A stretch of 60,138 nucleotides of DNA, counting the filler, from Stramenopiles sp. TOSAG23-6 (Eukaryota): NCBI GenBank assembly GCA_900128565.1. It is 13 parts of 13 records of this genome, joined end to end, with 100 filler letters (N's around TTAATTAATTAA, not from the genome) between each part and the next. Parts side by side here need not be neighbours in the genome. Positions count along the whole stretch, not along the records: positions 32,485 to 37,017 come from LT637143.1; positions 37,118 to 41,650 come from LT637144.1; positions 41,751 to 46,282 come from LT637145.1; positions 46,383 to 50,904 come from LT637146.1; 9 more parts are not named here. The stretch is one strand, 5' to 3'. Positions 33,778-46,434 of this stretch are shown piece by piece. Position 1 is the first letter of the stretch. Each line of letters begins with the position of its first letter. Under the pieces are notes generated by a model. The model did no database searches. It had not been told where the DNA came from and was given only the letters and a program-made list of their open reading frames with translations. The position numbers were made by a program, and so were the translations under genes.

Positions 33778-34845
33778 AATTATATTCTCATAATAATTAA
33801 AAGTATTATTTTTTTTTTCAAAATATTGCTTGTTAGGTACAAATTTTACTATGAAAAAAAAATTGAAATTGGTGAAACATTTTGTAGGATAAAAACATAC
33901 ATTATTTTTGCTTTTCCGTCATACAATTGGTATAAAAAGTAATTTGATTGATTTTATTATGAATGAAATTTATTTTACTGATGATGTTTATTGTTCCATT
34001 TTAATTCAATTGATTATAATAAGACAAAAAAAGAACAACCCTAACCCTCGTTAATCATATTTTACATTTTTTTTTGTTAGGTACGGATTTTCGTATGAAA
34101 AATGATTTTTTTGAAATGTACATTTTGTTCTCATTTGAATTACTTTATAGTATTTTGTAGCTTTGCATTTTTTACAATATTTCAATTTTTTTTTGTTAGG
34201 TACAAAATTTCGTACGAAAAAAAAATCATTTTTTTTTAGGTTTTAATTAAATAATTTACATTATTCAATGGTGTTTTCTGAAAGAATAAAATAACTTACA
34301 TAAAACAATTCTTGATTAATTATTTTATTTCAATATTACCTGATTCATTTTTTGGCAGAAATACTACATTCATTTACATGATTTACTCTTCAGTACAATT
34401 ACCCAAAAAAACGGTTTCAGCAAAATATATATATATATTGTTTTTTTAACAATCTTTTTCTAATATAGTACATACAAGAAAAAATAAAATCAACGTGTGG
34501 ACAGCGACATAAACAATATACTACTTTTAATCCTACATCTATATTATATATTTCTATAATTTTTATTCCAATTCCATAGAGGATTAACATTTTAATACCA
34601 TACAACTTTAATTATGTACTATACAATATACTTCAAAACCCTAACCCTAATAATACTTTTTGAAAAACACGAAAAAATGAACAAAAATAAAAACGACACG
34701 TGGCGTTACATCTACACATCATCAGACCATCGGTTACTTTTGACCTATCTATAGACTATAGTACCTGTACTACTATATGTAATTACTATTACCGAAAATA
34801 CTACAACGAATACAATCTACAAAACAAAAACAACAACAAATAACA

Positions 34846-35610
34846 ATGAAATCAATCCAAATCGACACTGAATGGGAAATTACCATAATCCCAAAAAATA
34901 CAGTAACAAAAACGTTTCCTGTTATAAACAGGGCAAGAACGAATACCATTCAATGCAAAACAGAAAACAACATCTACGCAACCGTTGAAATATACAACCA
35001 ATTGCGCAAAATAGCAAACATTAAAACTAAAACACAGGTTGGACTACGTCTGTATAAACGTTCTAAATCTATAAAAAAAAATCAAATACTATTACACTTT
35101 GCAGTAGTCGCGAAAATTCGACGAAAAAACAAAGCAAATAAACAAATACAAATACAACTCCACAAATTAATGAAACAACTATCAACATCATATGACGTAC
35201 AATACAATCAACAAATGTCAATTAATCAAAATCCGTTTGGAATATACCAATCCTCAAAAAACATTACTATACTATATATAAAAAACAGATCTCCTGGTCA
35301 CTTAGTAAACTCCGCAGCCGCATTTCATGAATACTATGGAAAGCAACCAACAAACAACTTAAAAATAATTTTGAACAAAAACAACCTTTATCTACGTGCT
35401 AAAAAAGACATACATCCTAATGAAGACTTATATACTGCATATGGTACAAACAGTAACATTAACAAAGAAATAGCATTTCAATTTGAACAAAATAGATTAA
35501 ATGAACCAAAAATAAATAGAACTAAAAGAAAACGAGCAGAAATCTGCAAAAAAGCAAGAGAAGCAAAGCAGCAAAAAAACAACAAAACAAAAAAAAATAA
35601 ACTTCTTTAA
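34846..35610 (+). CDS. Divergent SET-domain protein, intronless and very A-rich
   Basis: PGHLVNSA...NNLKI...LYLRAKKDIHPNEDLYTAYG matches the SET C-terminal pseudoknot pattern (RxxNH...A.rdI..geEl...Yg). Confidence 0.55.
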   Translation: MKSIQIDTEWEITIIPKNTVTKTFPVINRARTNTIQCKTENNIYATVEIYNQLRKIANIKTKTQVGLRLYKRSKSIKKNQILLHFAVVAKIRRKNKANKQIQIQLHKLMKQLSTSYDVQYNQQMSINQNPFGIYQSSKNITILYIKNRSPGHLVNSAAAFHEYYGKQPTNNLKIILNKNNLYLRAKKDIHPNEDLYTAYGTNSNINKEIAFQFEQNRLNEPKINRTKRKRAEICKKAREAKQQKNNKTKKNKLL

Positions 35611-35914
35611 TTTGTATAAATAATAAAACAATACCGTTCTCAAATTTTCACTTCAATTTTGTACATTAGTAACATTCATTGCCTTTACTATCGAAAAATG
35701 ATACTAACATTTTAAAAATAATTCAAAAATAATAATACTATTACATACTACTCATTTAACTCAACAAAGTATACAACAAAATCACGTTTCTTAAAATTCT
35801 CTTTATATAGTATATAATATTACTTCAATCCGTGCAAACACANAAANTAAATCAATAAAAAAAAAATTCAAAGAAAACCAAGCGAGAAGTTAAAAAAATT
35901 ATCCTCCTTAGATC

Positions 35915-36618
35915 CGCAGGGTGCATTGACATTCCACTAAATGGTTCTGGATCAGCATTCCGATGGTGAAGAGAATGAACATATTTATATATTGCTCTTA
36001 TATGAATGAATCGATGAGCAACATAAAAATGTAAATCTCTGTAAACAGGTACTAAAAATATCCACAATACATTCAAAGCAAGCAAACTTTTGTCGTTGAA
36101 AATATCAGTATTTGTCGCAAACTTGACGGCACCACTCACCCAGATTCTAGTCATCACCCACTCCCACACTGTCCACTGTACTACACCTAAGCTCCAGTAC
36201 CAAATATTGTGCAACATGTTTCCAGCAGTTGGATACGAGCCAGGGATATACTTCCGCTTACCCCAATTTGCAATGTACAGGCCATAGTGAAAGAAGCCAT
36301 AGTATGAGAAAGCAACGATATAATTCACTGAAAAACGTTGTAAAAGCCACACACTTGCACCTTGGGCAGAATTCAATTCAACGTCCATTTTATAAGGATT
36401 TAATAAATGGCTACAAAGAGCCATAAAAAACCACAATAGATTTGATGAATAAAAAAAATATTTCAGAGTTACCAGCGAGTGAAGTGTTGAACGGATCGAT
36501 AAAGCTACACGTTGATCTGTTGTGCCAGGAGCAAGCTTCAAATTTACCCACGGAGCAACATCTCCAAAAAACCATTAGGACCAAGCCCAGCTAATCCATT
36601 GAGAAGCGAAGAGAGCAT
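35915..36618 (-). pseudogene. Fatty-acid hydroxylase / sterol desaturase family, frameshifted near 36568 and 3'-truncated
   Basis: His boxes FYVAHRFIH and YVHSLHH, then SGMSMHP; the third His box is missing. The likely ATG at 36618 is out of frame across a T6 run. Could be an assembly error rather than a true pseudogene. Confidence 0.6.
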
Positions 36619-37117
36619 TTGTTGTAATAAAAATATAGAAGTGTCCGGGCAATTGCAGCTTCTCTTCTTTCACACGTTAAAAAAACTAAAAAAAAACTGC
36701 AAAAAAACTGATATTGCCAATTCGGATTGAGGAACTACTTTTAGTTTCGCTTGGAAAATAGCCGTATATTCGAGGGTTAGGGTTATCGAATATAGTTGGT
36801 AGTACAGATAAAGTCCTTGTATATATAGGTAGAATTCTCGTAAGTATCGATGGTCTCAATACTTTACTTCGTAGCAATGTGATTAAATACTCGATTTGAT
36901 ATCAAAGTAGATAATATTAAACGTTAAGATGAGTTTTATTTAATGTGTATAAAACTAGTAATCGATGTCTTCATGCATATCATTGGCAAATTGGAAATGG
37001 AATAAAGTGTAAATTATNNNNNNNNNNNNNNNNNNNNNNNNNNNNNNNNNNNNNNNNNNNNTTAATTAATTAANNNNNNNNNNNNNNNNNNNNNNNNNNN
37101 NNNNNNNNNNNNNNNNN

Positions 37118-38244
37118 TCCAAAACACTTTCAAAAAGTGATTTATATTCATTCTTACATTTCATCAAAACATCACGAAATCCTTGAGATTGTGAAATAAC
37201 TTTGTCAAATATAAAATCAATGACATTTAACTTTTTCAATTGAATTTCATCATGAATTAATTTAAGTTTTTTCACTTTGTTTTCATTGACAATGACAGTT
37301 TTTTCTACTTTATTAACTAACTTTCCTTGTTCTAACCCTAATTCATTTTGTATATCTTTTTCTACTCTTACACGTTGAATTTCTAATTTATCTATTCTTT
37401 CTTTTAATTCTATCTCAAGAGACAACGCGAAAGATCTAAATCCGTTGCAGTTTTGCTTTTGATTTTTTATATTTTTTATATTTTTTATATTTTTCATATT
37501 TGGCATTTCTGTAGAATATGATGTTGCAGATGACTTATTCTTTTCATTTTTTATCTTTTTAATCTTTTGTTTTTTATCCTTTTTTATCTTTTGTTTTTTT
37601 TGCACTGTTTTTGAGCCAATCATTTTTGCCCTATCTCGGTTGCTCTGTTCTGTACGATTAATGTGTGTATTTCGTGTACGTGTGTGTAATTTATTGTGTT
37701 TGTCACGGAATAAAGCACCTATACCTTCATATAACTTAGAACAGTCTCTATATTTATCATTTTGCTCATTTTTATCATTTTGCTCATTTTTATCATTTGT
37801 TAAATTTGTTGAATTTATGAGTGCTACATCATCTCTGTTTGAGATTTCCTCAGATATATTGTCCTGACGTGTTACAATTATAGATTGTTGGTCGTTACAT
37901 TTCTCTATAGAATGTGTTGGATGTGTTTTTGTGTAGTCTTGAAAGTCTTCATTTGTTCCACTACAATCCTTATATTCATGAGTGACTTCAACTTCACTAT
38001 TCTTTGGTGTATCATTAGTCAGCGCAATATCTTGCGGTGGGATCCAAAAATCATCGAAAAAGCGAAGCCCACTGGGCACTAATGGTTTTTCTAATCGACC
38101 ATGAAGTTGTGTGTTTACTGTTTGGAATGTACCGTCGTTGGGAACACTTGATGGTTGACGTAATTTATTCCTGTGTCTTTCGTATTCATTTCCTAGTGTT
38201 ATATAGTTGTCAAAGTCACGGTGTAGCATTGATAGTATTCTCAA
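37118..38244 (-). CDS. Hypothetical low-complexity/coiled-coil protein, 3'-truncated
   Basis: Long open frame to the contig edge. Confidence 0.55.
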
Positions 38245-38544
38245 AACTTTCTTGACACAATATAAATCACCACGATATGTTTACGAATCGTTTTTGTGTA
38301 TCAATGTAGTTAGAAAAAGACACTTTTTGTTTTTAGTAGAGACTCTGCTGCAGTGTGCATGAAGAAGTTTTCATCTACGTATGGTACACGTCCGTTTTAA
38401 AACGTTAATTTTTGTAACACGAAANAAAAAAAAAAAAAAAAGTTGAAAAAAAAAATACTTTATTTTCACAAAAAATTGAACTTTTGTTTTTTTTGTTTGT
38501 GTTTTGTTTTTCTGAATTTCAGTTTTTCATTCGGGTTAAGGTTA

Positions 38545-39468
38545 TTAAATATTAAGCATTGAAGATGTTTGTCGTTTTGACGAAACAATTAGAGAAAAAA
38601 GACTTACAATCATTAAACATGCAACAATACAACCTATTAAATTTGTATACGAAATGCTATCATATATTTTGATAAAATATGNCAAATTTTCAAAAAAAAA
38701 TCGTTAGGTACAAAATATCGTATAAAAAAAATTAAACATTCAAGATGAAAAACGTACACTATCATTATAACTCATATTAGTTGGTTTTATGGATGGTGTA
38801 GGTGATGGTGGTACAAAATGATCAGGGTTTTTACTCCAAGGATCTTCTTTTGGGTTACATCTTTGTAATAATATACCAGTATGTTTAAAATCTTGTTCAT
38901 ACAGCNTCAACTCAGAAGAATTACCAAAATGAGACATTTTTGTACTTACATTATTTTTATCTTTTTGAATAAAAATGATACCACTCAATTGCTCAGCTGT
39001 GATATCTTCCCACCATATGTAATCAGATGTACACTTTGGTATTGCACAATTCTTCTGTTTTGAAACGATACGACAAAGAGGTTGTTGAACACGAAACATA
39101 TCGAGTACTTGCGAATAGTCACCTTGGATTTCGATTCCTTTTTTATATGAATATTTACACTCACAAAAACAAGAATTGGACCATTTCCATGGTGATAATC
39201 CAGATATTATTGAACTATTCGATGTTTGATGTATAGATGTGTCGCCTTTTTCAAGTGTAGTTGATATAGGACTGTCCTCAACAATAGCATGAGTTGTGAC
39301 AGTGAATTCTTGAACCTGTGGTGGAAATTCAACAATTTTAACAACTATTTGCTGATCATTATATTCAGTAGTTTGAACATAACACCCTGATGGTTTAAAC
39401 GTAGCAAAGACATCTACTGGTACAACGATATAAAACAAAAATGAGAAAATTAGTCTACTCGTTTTCAT
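38545..39468 (-). CDS. Type I membrane protein; exons 39468-38758, 38661-38545
   Basis: Signal peptide MKTSRLIFSFLFYIVVPVDVFA; the GT-AT intron 38757-38662 adds a C-terminal TM helix (LIGCIVACLMIVSLFSLIV). Confidence 0.65.
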
Positions 39469-39587
39469 TCTGTGACGTTTTTCAGTGTAAAATTTCTCTT
39501 TTTTTTTCCTTTTCGACAATTTTTTTTACGCGACACAAAAAAAAAAAAAAAAAAAAAAAAATGTCTTTTTTTTGAGGAAAAAGTTTT

Positions 39588-39639
<52 letters not shown>

Positions 39640-39689
39640 ATGTCATTTTCCTGACGAAAAAGTTTTCCTTTATATTTTTATTATTTTTA

Positions 39690-41266
39690 TTATTTTTTTG
39701 TGTCTTTTTTTATACCAAGCACTATATGTTCTCCATTTCGACTTAAATGAGTCGGAAATCCTGCATTTTCTGATGTATCATCTAAACAATTCGTTTTTCC
39801 TTCCTCCTTCATTTTTGTACCATTTTTTGTACTTAAATGTTCATCTTTAATTTTTGTACCATTTTTTGTACTTAAATGTTGAGTTGTTCTTGATACAGAA
39901 CCAACACGGTAAAAAATCACAAGAGCCCATATATCTTGAAAAAATATGATTTACGTTTGAAATTCGTTAGGTATGAAATTTCGTACGACTATAATTATTG
40001 AAAAAAAAATTTTCAAAAAAAAAAATTGAAATGATTAGGGTTAGTGTTTACAAAATACACCTCTCTCCAGAAGTTATAGGTTCCGCTTGATGCCAAACTA
40101 ATCGATTTAGAAAAACAATATCACCTGGATCCATTGGGTAATAGTATGTTGCATCGGGCTTCTTTGGAAGGCCGTCCCAAACGGTAAGACCATGTATTTT
40201 GGAAAAATATAAATTCGAAATTAAAAAAAAATCGTTAGGTACAAAATTTACTATAAAAAAATAAATTCGATTTTTTTGTAAAAAAAAAAAAAAATATTCT
40301 TTTTTTTTGGGGGGGGGGGGAACCTACTCCTCCAGTAAAAGGTAAATCCGTTGGTAGCCCAAGTACGATCGATCCGTCAATGTGACGTCCGTCTACATGT
40401 ATTTTGTAAAAATATTTCAAAAAAATTTTCGTAAAAAAAAAATTTGTTAGGTACAAAATTTCGTACGAAAAAAATAAATTCGATTTTTTTTTTTCGGTAA
40501 AAAAAAAAAAAATATAAAACATACATGAGCTAAAAGAGCTGCTTGTTTGGGTAAAGCACGATATCTAGTAATAAATGATTGAAGGCGAATACACCTTGAT
40601 AAAGTTGATTTCCCGGTACCATGCGCAGCTCTATAACATTTTGCAAAAAATAAGTCACACATGGATTATGAAAAATATTTCAAAAATTAAAATCGTTAAG
40701 TACAAAATTTCGTACGAAAAAAAAACTAAATTCGAAATTGAAATTGAAATGGAAACATACATGGATAAAACAGGGGACATAATGCCTAGTAAACGTTCAT
40801 TTTGAATTCCATTAAGTCCAGCCTGTTTTTGCTTTTCCTCAACTTCCATCCATGTAGAAATTTTCCAATTTTTGTAGTGATTAAAACTAATTTCTTGAGG
40901 TTGAAACACTTTTTTCATTTTTGGAAATAACTCAAGAAGATATTTTGGACTTACATAGGCTTTCTTTACNACATGATGCCGTTTTAGTGGCGTCTGCTTC
41001 ATTAATCTACGAAGTATCTCAATACCACGAGTAATACCATCGTCAACAACATCTCGATCTTTGTTATTGTTTACTTTTACAGACTTTTCTTTACTATCTT
41101 TTACAATTTTGAAGTCTCTGTCAGTTGAACGCTTTGAGTCATTGCGCTTTTCCTCAAATTGAATTCTACTACTCATACTTTTCAACTCTTTTGAAAGTAC
41201 TACACTAGATGATGAACATTCACTTTGATTTAATGTTGAAACATTTTGTACTATGCAATCATCCAT
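39690..41266 (-). CDS. 2-oxoglutarate/Fe(II) dioxygenase (P4Hc-like); exons 41266-40761, 40660-40525, 40396-40328, 40191-40059, 39928-39690
   Basis: The spliced product contains FITRY...AH|VD (HxD), FTGG|GL, PGDIVF...WHQAEPITSGER|WALVIF. All four introns are GT-AT. Confidence 0.85.
40192..40327 (-). other. Non-canonical GT-AT intron in the 2OG oxygenase (136 nt)
   Basis: GGA|GTAGGT...CCAAAATACAT|GGT restores FTGGGL. Confidence 0.8.
40397..40524 (-). other. Non-canonical GT-AT intron splitting the HxD iron-binding motif (128 nt)
   Basis: CAT|GTATGT...ACAAAATACAT|GTA gives H-V-D; an AG 4 nt downstream is out of frame. Confidence 0.82.
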
Positions 41267-41554
41267 TGTATTATTGCGTTTTAATCAAAAAAACAACAAA
41301 ATATAAGTTCAATTGAAACAATTGAAATGAAATTCTTCTGAGAGCGAGAAAAAGCTCTTCCGATCGTTAGGGTTCGGGTTAGGGTTCAAAAATATAACCG
41401 CCGAATAAAACGCCAATAAAACGTAACAATGAAAAAGCCAAAGACTCCAGAGAAGTACGAGTACTAATATACAGAGCTATATTTTTTATATCATTTCTCC
41501 TGGTGATTTGAACAATCAATCTACAACAAGAATATATATATATAGCCTATAGCC

Positions 41555-41650
41555 ATGGCATCTACTAAAGAATCTAGCTCTCCAAATATTGATTTACGTA
41601 TTCGTCAATTATTTACAAAGTATGATAAAAACAATACAGGTACTTTAGAT
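41555..41650 (+). CDS. N-terminus of an EF-hand protein (truncated)
   Basis: MASTKESSSPNIDLRIRQLFTKYDKNNTGTLD. Confidence 0.55.
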
Positions 41651-42180
41651 NNNNNNNNNNNNNNNNNNNNNNNNNNNNNNNNNNNNNNNNNNNNTTAATT
41701 AATTAANNNNNNNNNNNNNNNNNNNNNNNNNNNNNNNNNNNNNNNNNNNNGCTGCTTCAACGCAGTGTAGTCACGTGGATGCTCTTTCAGCTTTGCTCGG
41801 AGACCCAAAATTTCTTCTTTACATTTTTTGGATGATAAAATTTCATCATCTGAGTCGGAGTCAGATGATCCAGACAACTGCATGTTATAGGTAATTGATG
41901 ATACAAAAATGAGCTATGAAAGAGGCATACAAATCGTAGAAATGTAATGATTCTGATCTCAAGATCAATAATTATTAACAATTCGATAGTTTCGACGCAG
42001 TTTCGACAACACTTCAGTGACTTCACTTCGACTTCGTCTCGCGACCGAAAAAAAAATTCTGGAACAAACATGCTATTTATTAGCTAACCAATTTCAAATT
42101 TATTGCACAATCAATCTAGGTCGGTTGTTTCCTTGGGAGATTAGAGGAAAATTTTCATTAAATTATTTATTATTATATAT

Positions 42181-45100
42181 ATGATCAACACTACACACAA
42201 GGCAGAAAATCGGTTATTTATGTACAACCGAGAAAGTACATTGAAAGATTTCATCGACGAAGTGATAGGTTGACAATTTGTATCTGGTGGATTGCAACCC
42301 TATGACAGTTCTCAAAATATTTCTGAAATATTGAATGTACCTATTCCTGATTGTTTCAGGTCCGCATCTCAATATATTGGTTGTTTTCGCCCTTTCTTAA
42401 TATCTGAGGTTCGTGCAGAGTTGGAAGCTTCGCTACATAAGTCTTCAACACGTGAATTCAAGTTGAATAATGGTTACTGGTACGCAGAGTTGTCATCAAA
42501 CAATATAGTTCACGATCGTTCATTATGTGTTGGTACTATAGTACTATTGTCGCATAGTAGATCATGCATTTCCGATTGTAAAACAAGTTTAAATACAAGA
42601 AAAGGGAGAAAGATGAATTCTACAGACATTAATGTGAATAATACTGATCAAGTTGATGATCCGAGATTAAGACGCCGTCTTCAACGTCAGCAAAATGTAA
42701 AATCCCACAACAATAGAATTAAATCAGTCACACGATTTTCAACACCAAAGAAAAAGAAGGAGATTGCTGATCATGTGCTTGGTGTCGTACTGAAAAGAAG
42801 AATTGGCCAAGTTGAACATTTGCTTGTTAAATTAGGTTCAATGGGTAACCAAAAATTGGCGTTATCTTCACCTCGAAAAAATAGAAGTGCCAATGTATAT
42901 ATTTGTCCATTGAGTCAATTAATTACTGCAAAACGTCAAATGTCTGCTTTATTACTAATCAGTGAATTTCGTCTGGTGGATGTGCTTTTATCAGGGCACC
43001 CACTACACATCCCCGATGCATCATCATTGGATGCATTAAATACGTATGATAACATTAATAATGATAAAACTACGGAATATCAATTTCCAACAACTCAGTC
43101 AGTAATGAATACAATTGATTCGATTTTGGAATTAAGTATCCAAAGAGCAAGAAGAAGTCTTGGAAATGCTTTTTGTGAATATATTTTAAAGAATTTTAAC
43201 ACTTCACAAGCAGTTGCAATATGTGCTGCTGCTGTTGGTACTGAAAATGAATATAATTTAAAAGATGTTTCAATGAAAGCCAATGGTGAAACGGATGATT
43301 CAAAACTAGTCAAGAAAGTACCATCGAAATCGCAATTTACACCTAGAGGATTTTCTCTTGTTCAAGGACCACCAGGTACAGGTAAAACAACAATGCTTGT
43401 TGGTTTACTTAATACATTGCATCTTCAACACTATAATTTGTATTATGATAAGCTCATATCAAAAGCAGGTCATGCAGCAACACGTCTTGTAGATTTACAA
43501 CGTAATGTTCGTAAAGTGAGTACGTCATGTAAACCGAAACCATTTCTTCCAAATGATACACCAAACCCAGCTGCTACAAGTAATTCTGTGCTTGCAGATG
43601 CTATGAATCAACTAGATGCACATATGAAAGAAATTCGACAGTGTGCACAAGTTACTCGTCCAAGGATACTTGTAGTTGCCCCATCTAATGCTGCAGTTGA
43701 TGAAATTATCCGTCGTATAATAAAAAATAGATTTAGGGCAGGTGATGGTTCTTTATATAATCCTCATTTAGTTCGATTAGGTAATAGATATGATAAGGAT
43801 ATTATGAATGTCACACTTAATTGCTTAGCACAGAAAGAACTTAGACGATCGAAACGTGAAATTGGAGAACGTTCTAAACAATTCAAGAAAGAATCAAAAC
43901 ATGCCGATATTCGTATTTCAAAAGTAGAGAAACAGTTGTACACACTTATGATTGAACTCTTAAATGAAACTTCTCGTTATAATAATTTTGTGTCGAGTAC
44001 ATGGAATGGTCCATCGAGATATGTTTCGAATAGAAATATGAAGGATGTAAACGTTAAGCCAGAGAAGAGAATAAAAGAAGTATATGTAAAACAAGAGAAA
44101 TCAGATAGACAAGTATATGTCAAACAAGAGAAAGGAATACAAAAGAAATCAGATAGACAAGTATATATCAAACAAGAGAAAGGAATACAAAAGCAAAGAA
44201 GTGTAGAGTCTATAATTCGTTCTGCAGCTTCTGCATCGCATTCATGTGCTTTAGATGCATTTGCAGCATCAAATGTTGCAATAGCTGCTGTGAAATTTAG
44301 TAAGTGGAAAATTGGGTGGAATCATCGTCAACATGCTGTATGTCAGAAACTTATCCGAGTATACACTGAACGAACATCAATATCTAGTAAGTTATCAATA
44401 TTATTACACGTAGAACAAGGAGTAAAATCACGAGTTGAACAAGCACTACTTGAAGCAGCTGATATTATATTCACTACACTTAGTAGTAGTGGAATGAATA
44501 ATCTTGAAAAGGCATCAATTGGAACTGAATTTGATCTAGCTGGAGGTGCCGTTGGGACAGGACGTTATAATGCCCCAATGGGTGGATTTCGTTATCCCAT
44601 TTCATCACAAGATTCTGCACTAGGAAAACGACAATTTAGTTCAGTTGTGATTGACGAAGCTGCTCAATGTGTGGAGTTGGAATGTTTAATACCTCTTCGC
44701 TTTGAAGCACCGCACTGTGTTCTTATAGGTGATCCTCGACAATTACCAGCTACAGTATTGTCACAGCAGGCAAAGAAACAAGGTTATGGTCGCAGTTTGT
44801 TTGAGAGACTTGCACAAAGAGGACATCCAGTAAGAATGCTAAATACGCAATATAGATGCCATCCTAAGATATCTGCATTTCCTTCTCTTTATTTTTATAA
44901 TGGCAAATTATTAGATGGTGAAAATGTGACAAGTAATGAATATGATATGAACTTTCATCATCATATTTCTGGACATTTTCGACCATTCATATTTTTTAAT
45001 TTAGCAAAAAGTTTAGAATCTCGTGGACTTGGAGATGATTTTTCCTGGCACAATATAGTGGAAGCTAAACATGCATTTGCAATATATTCAGCATTGATAA

Positions 45101-45501
45101 GAGAATTTCCCAATGGTCCAGTACCTTGGAAATCAATTGCTGGAAGTACTACATTTACAAGAGGATGGGAAAATCGTATTGGTATCATTACTCCATACAG
45201 AGCTCAAATTAAGGAGCTTAAGAAACACTTTGGAGATACAAATAATGTGGAAATTAATACCGTTGATGCTTTTCAAGGCAGAGAAAAAGATATTATTATT
45301 ATTTCATGTGTACGTGCACAAAGCGATAAACAAAGAGACGTAGGATTTTTGCACGATATACGGCGACTTAATGTTGCTCTCACCCGTGCTAAGTATGGCC
45401 TTTGGATAGTTGGCCATGCACCAACTCTTCGCACATCATCAGCTTGGAATGCTTTAATTGAGCATGCAGTAGCAAAGAATGTGTATATAAATGTATCATG
45501 A
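42181..45501 (+). CDS. Sen1/senataxin-like UPF1-family SF1 helicase; in-frame TGA at 42271
   Basis: LVQGPPGTGKT, LVVAPSNAAVDE, VVIDEAAQ, GDPRQLP, QYRCHP, TVDAFQGREKD, RRLNVALTRA; intronless. Confidence 0.92.
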
Positions 45502-45537
45502 ATAATAAAGAAATGAAATATTATAATGAAATTTATC

Positions 45538-46080
45538 TTATTTTCCTTGATGAATCAACCAATCTATAACCTGATCAATATTCATCTGTTTTAGGGCAGA
45601 ACAAGGAATCACTAACCACGGATTATCCACAATATAGTCAAGATTAAGTTCACGAATTAAATCATGTTCTGTTATATGTGGCTCCAAATCAATTTTGTTT
45701 GCAAGGCATAAAACCGGAATTGTTGCCAATTCTCGAATTTCCAAAAGACGGTGGAGTTCCTTGCGAGCTGTTGAAATCTTAGAAATATCAAATGCATCGA
45801 CGACAAATATAATAACATCACAACCTCGGGTATATCTTCCCCATTCTGAACGATAGGCAGCTTGGCCACCAATATCCCAACATTTCATAGTTATACCACC
45901 TTTTTTGACGATTTTAACGTTCAAGCCAATTGTTGGTACTGTTCCTTCTGATACAGGACCGTTTGCCAGAACGTTCAGTAAAGTAGTTTTACCACTATTC
46001 TCGAGTCCAACTAACACAACTTCCAACTTCTTTGAGTACAAAGCATGATGGATCTTCAACTCACGGCCATTATTGAACAT
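45538..46080 (-). CDS. Arf-like small GTPase, ARL8-like; N-terminus uncertain
   Basis: GLENSGKTT, TVPTIG, WDIGGQ, WGRYTRG, ANKID. Confidence 0.85.
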   Translation of the reverse strand: MFNNGRELKIHHALYSKKLEVVLVGLENSGKTTLLNVLANGPVSEGTVPTIGLNVKIVKKGGITMKCWDIGGQAAYRSEWGRYTRGCDVIIFVVDAFDISKISTARKELHRLLEIRELATIPVLCLANKIDLEPHITEHDLIRELNLDYIVDNPWLVIPCSALKQMNIDQVIDWLIHQGK

Positions 46081-46282
46081 AATCTTGGCCTTAATATGTA
46101 TGAAAATGCCATTTTACTTGCAAGGACGTTATATGCACATTCGTCCACTCAGCAGTCTTTACATTTACTTGCAACGTGTTTATTTCGTAATGGGAAAGCC
46201 AAACAGGCTCACAGTGCTCTTAAATGTGGTGTTGCTGGTGATAAAAAACTTTCAGCAGACAACCGGTACTTGTTAGCTCTTT
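46045..46282 (+). CDS. CDC27: APC/C subunit CDC27 (APC3) N-terminus, truncated
   Basis: IEHNLGLNMYENAILLARTLYA...LHLLATCLFRNGKAKQAHSAL...NRYLLA. Confidence 0.75.
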
Positions 46283-46434
46283 NNNNNNNNNNNNNNNNNN
46301 NNNNNNNNNNNNNNNNNNNNNNNNNNTTAATTAATTAANNNNNNNNNNNNNNNNNNNNNNNNNNNNNNNNNNNNNNNNNNNNCAAAATTTCGTATGAAAA
46401 ATAAATTCGAAATTGAAAAAAAAATAAAACATAC

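Noticed and set aside
42271-42273. Genome-wide TGA=Trp reassignment
   Set aside because: Only one case; TGG encodes the Trp residues I checked elsewhere and TGA terminates several genes.
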